Shown piece by piece: positions 63,195 to 64,000 of a DNA stretch of 64,000 nucleotides. The notes under the pieces are model-generated. The model was not told where the DNA came from. It did not search any database and was given only the letters and a program-made list of their open reading frames with translations. Both the position numbers and the translations under genes were made by a program. The stretch is taken from positions 126,852,001-126,916,000 of the forward strand of contig NC_135803.1 of assembly GCF_964213995.1 (NCBI RefSeq), read 5' to 3'. The stretch comes from Mustelus asterias. Taxonomy: Eukaryota. The first letter of the stretch is position 1, and each line of letters opens with the position of its first letter.

Positions 63195-63915
63195 TGTGAT
63201 TATGTTTAAGGGAGCAGTTTTAAAGTTCAGTTTTTTCTTTAGGCAGTCAGTATGGTAGGAATACAGCGCAGATTCTGGGAGAGCAGGTTAATTACTCATT
63301 TTAGTGGTGTTTACTTAGGTGAGAGCTAATGAACTTTTGTTTACAAAGAGAAAAGGGCCCCTGGGGTTTTGATTAAAGGAATGGAAGGTGGGTTTAGCTG
63401 TGCAGGGTCATGTGATAATCTGGTTAATGGGAGGAGCTAGGTATGTAGGAGAGGCAAAACAGCTTTCAATTCTAGCTGAGGTTTGTTTAAAGGCAGGTCT
63501 GAAAAACAGGCTGCTCTGAAACACAAAATCTCAGGAAGCTTTAAGGCTGTTTGCACTCAGCATAGCAAGTATATTTATGGTTGCTAACTGCATTGAGAGT
63601 GGTTTTTGAGTGTGTGTGAATAATGTTGCTTATTTGGAACTGAAATCATGCTAAGTTAGAAATTGGAGTTGTTTGTTTTAATGTTTAAATATCATTCAAA
63701 GGGTAATAGTTAAGCTGCTTCATTTGTTAGCATTGTAGTTAAACTGTGGTATTAAGTAAAGTTTGATTTACCATAAAAGATCCCTGATTTGTCAGTGTAA
63801 TTACTCCTGGAGTGAAGCATCCTATCCTCAAATTTATACCAGCATTTTAAAAAAAATGTTGGGGTCTAGTCTAGCTTCATAATGTAATTTGGGATTCTGG
63901 TCCAAGGCCCTAACA
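63195..63915. mobile_element. Solo LTR (721 bp)
   Basis: TGT...AACA termini flanked by exact 4-bp TSD ATAC (63191-63194, 63916-63919); non-coding interior. Confidence 0.75.
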
Positions 63916-64000
63916 ATACCAAGATCTCACTACACTATTGGGGAAGGTATTGAGTGACAATGGACAAGATGCTTCACATTGAAATGGGGAACACAGTAAG

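Overview
Vertebrate nuclear DNA, almost certainly from a shark or other elasmobranch (inferred from HE1/V-SINE-like and Deu-domain SINEs, CR1, Rex1 and Penelope-like repeats). Two transcription units lie on the minus strand in the human order RPP14/HTD2 -> PXK. (1) A complete five-exon RPP14 CDS (128 aa, 60063->47588) is followed 75 nt later, in the same last exon, by an intronless HTD2 ORF (172 aa MaoC/hotdog dehydratase with a mitochondrial-type presequence). This is the bicistronic RPP14-HTD2 arrangement. (2) The first 12 coding exons of PXK (30526->4230) all have GT-AG boundaries and consistent phases; the remaining exons were not found and probably lie left of the window. The rest is intronic or intergenic DNA rich in repeats. 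Most striking are four fold-back Penelope-like insertions with 10-15 bp target-site duplications. One (17321-17740) carries an intact minimal hammerhead ribozyme in PXK-sense orientation and has captured an inverted, partly duplicated copy of nearby PXK intron sequence. Gene and repeat family calls come from recalled homology, not database searches. Repeat boundaries are approximate unless a TSD or TIR is given.
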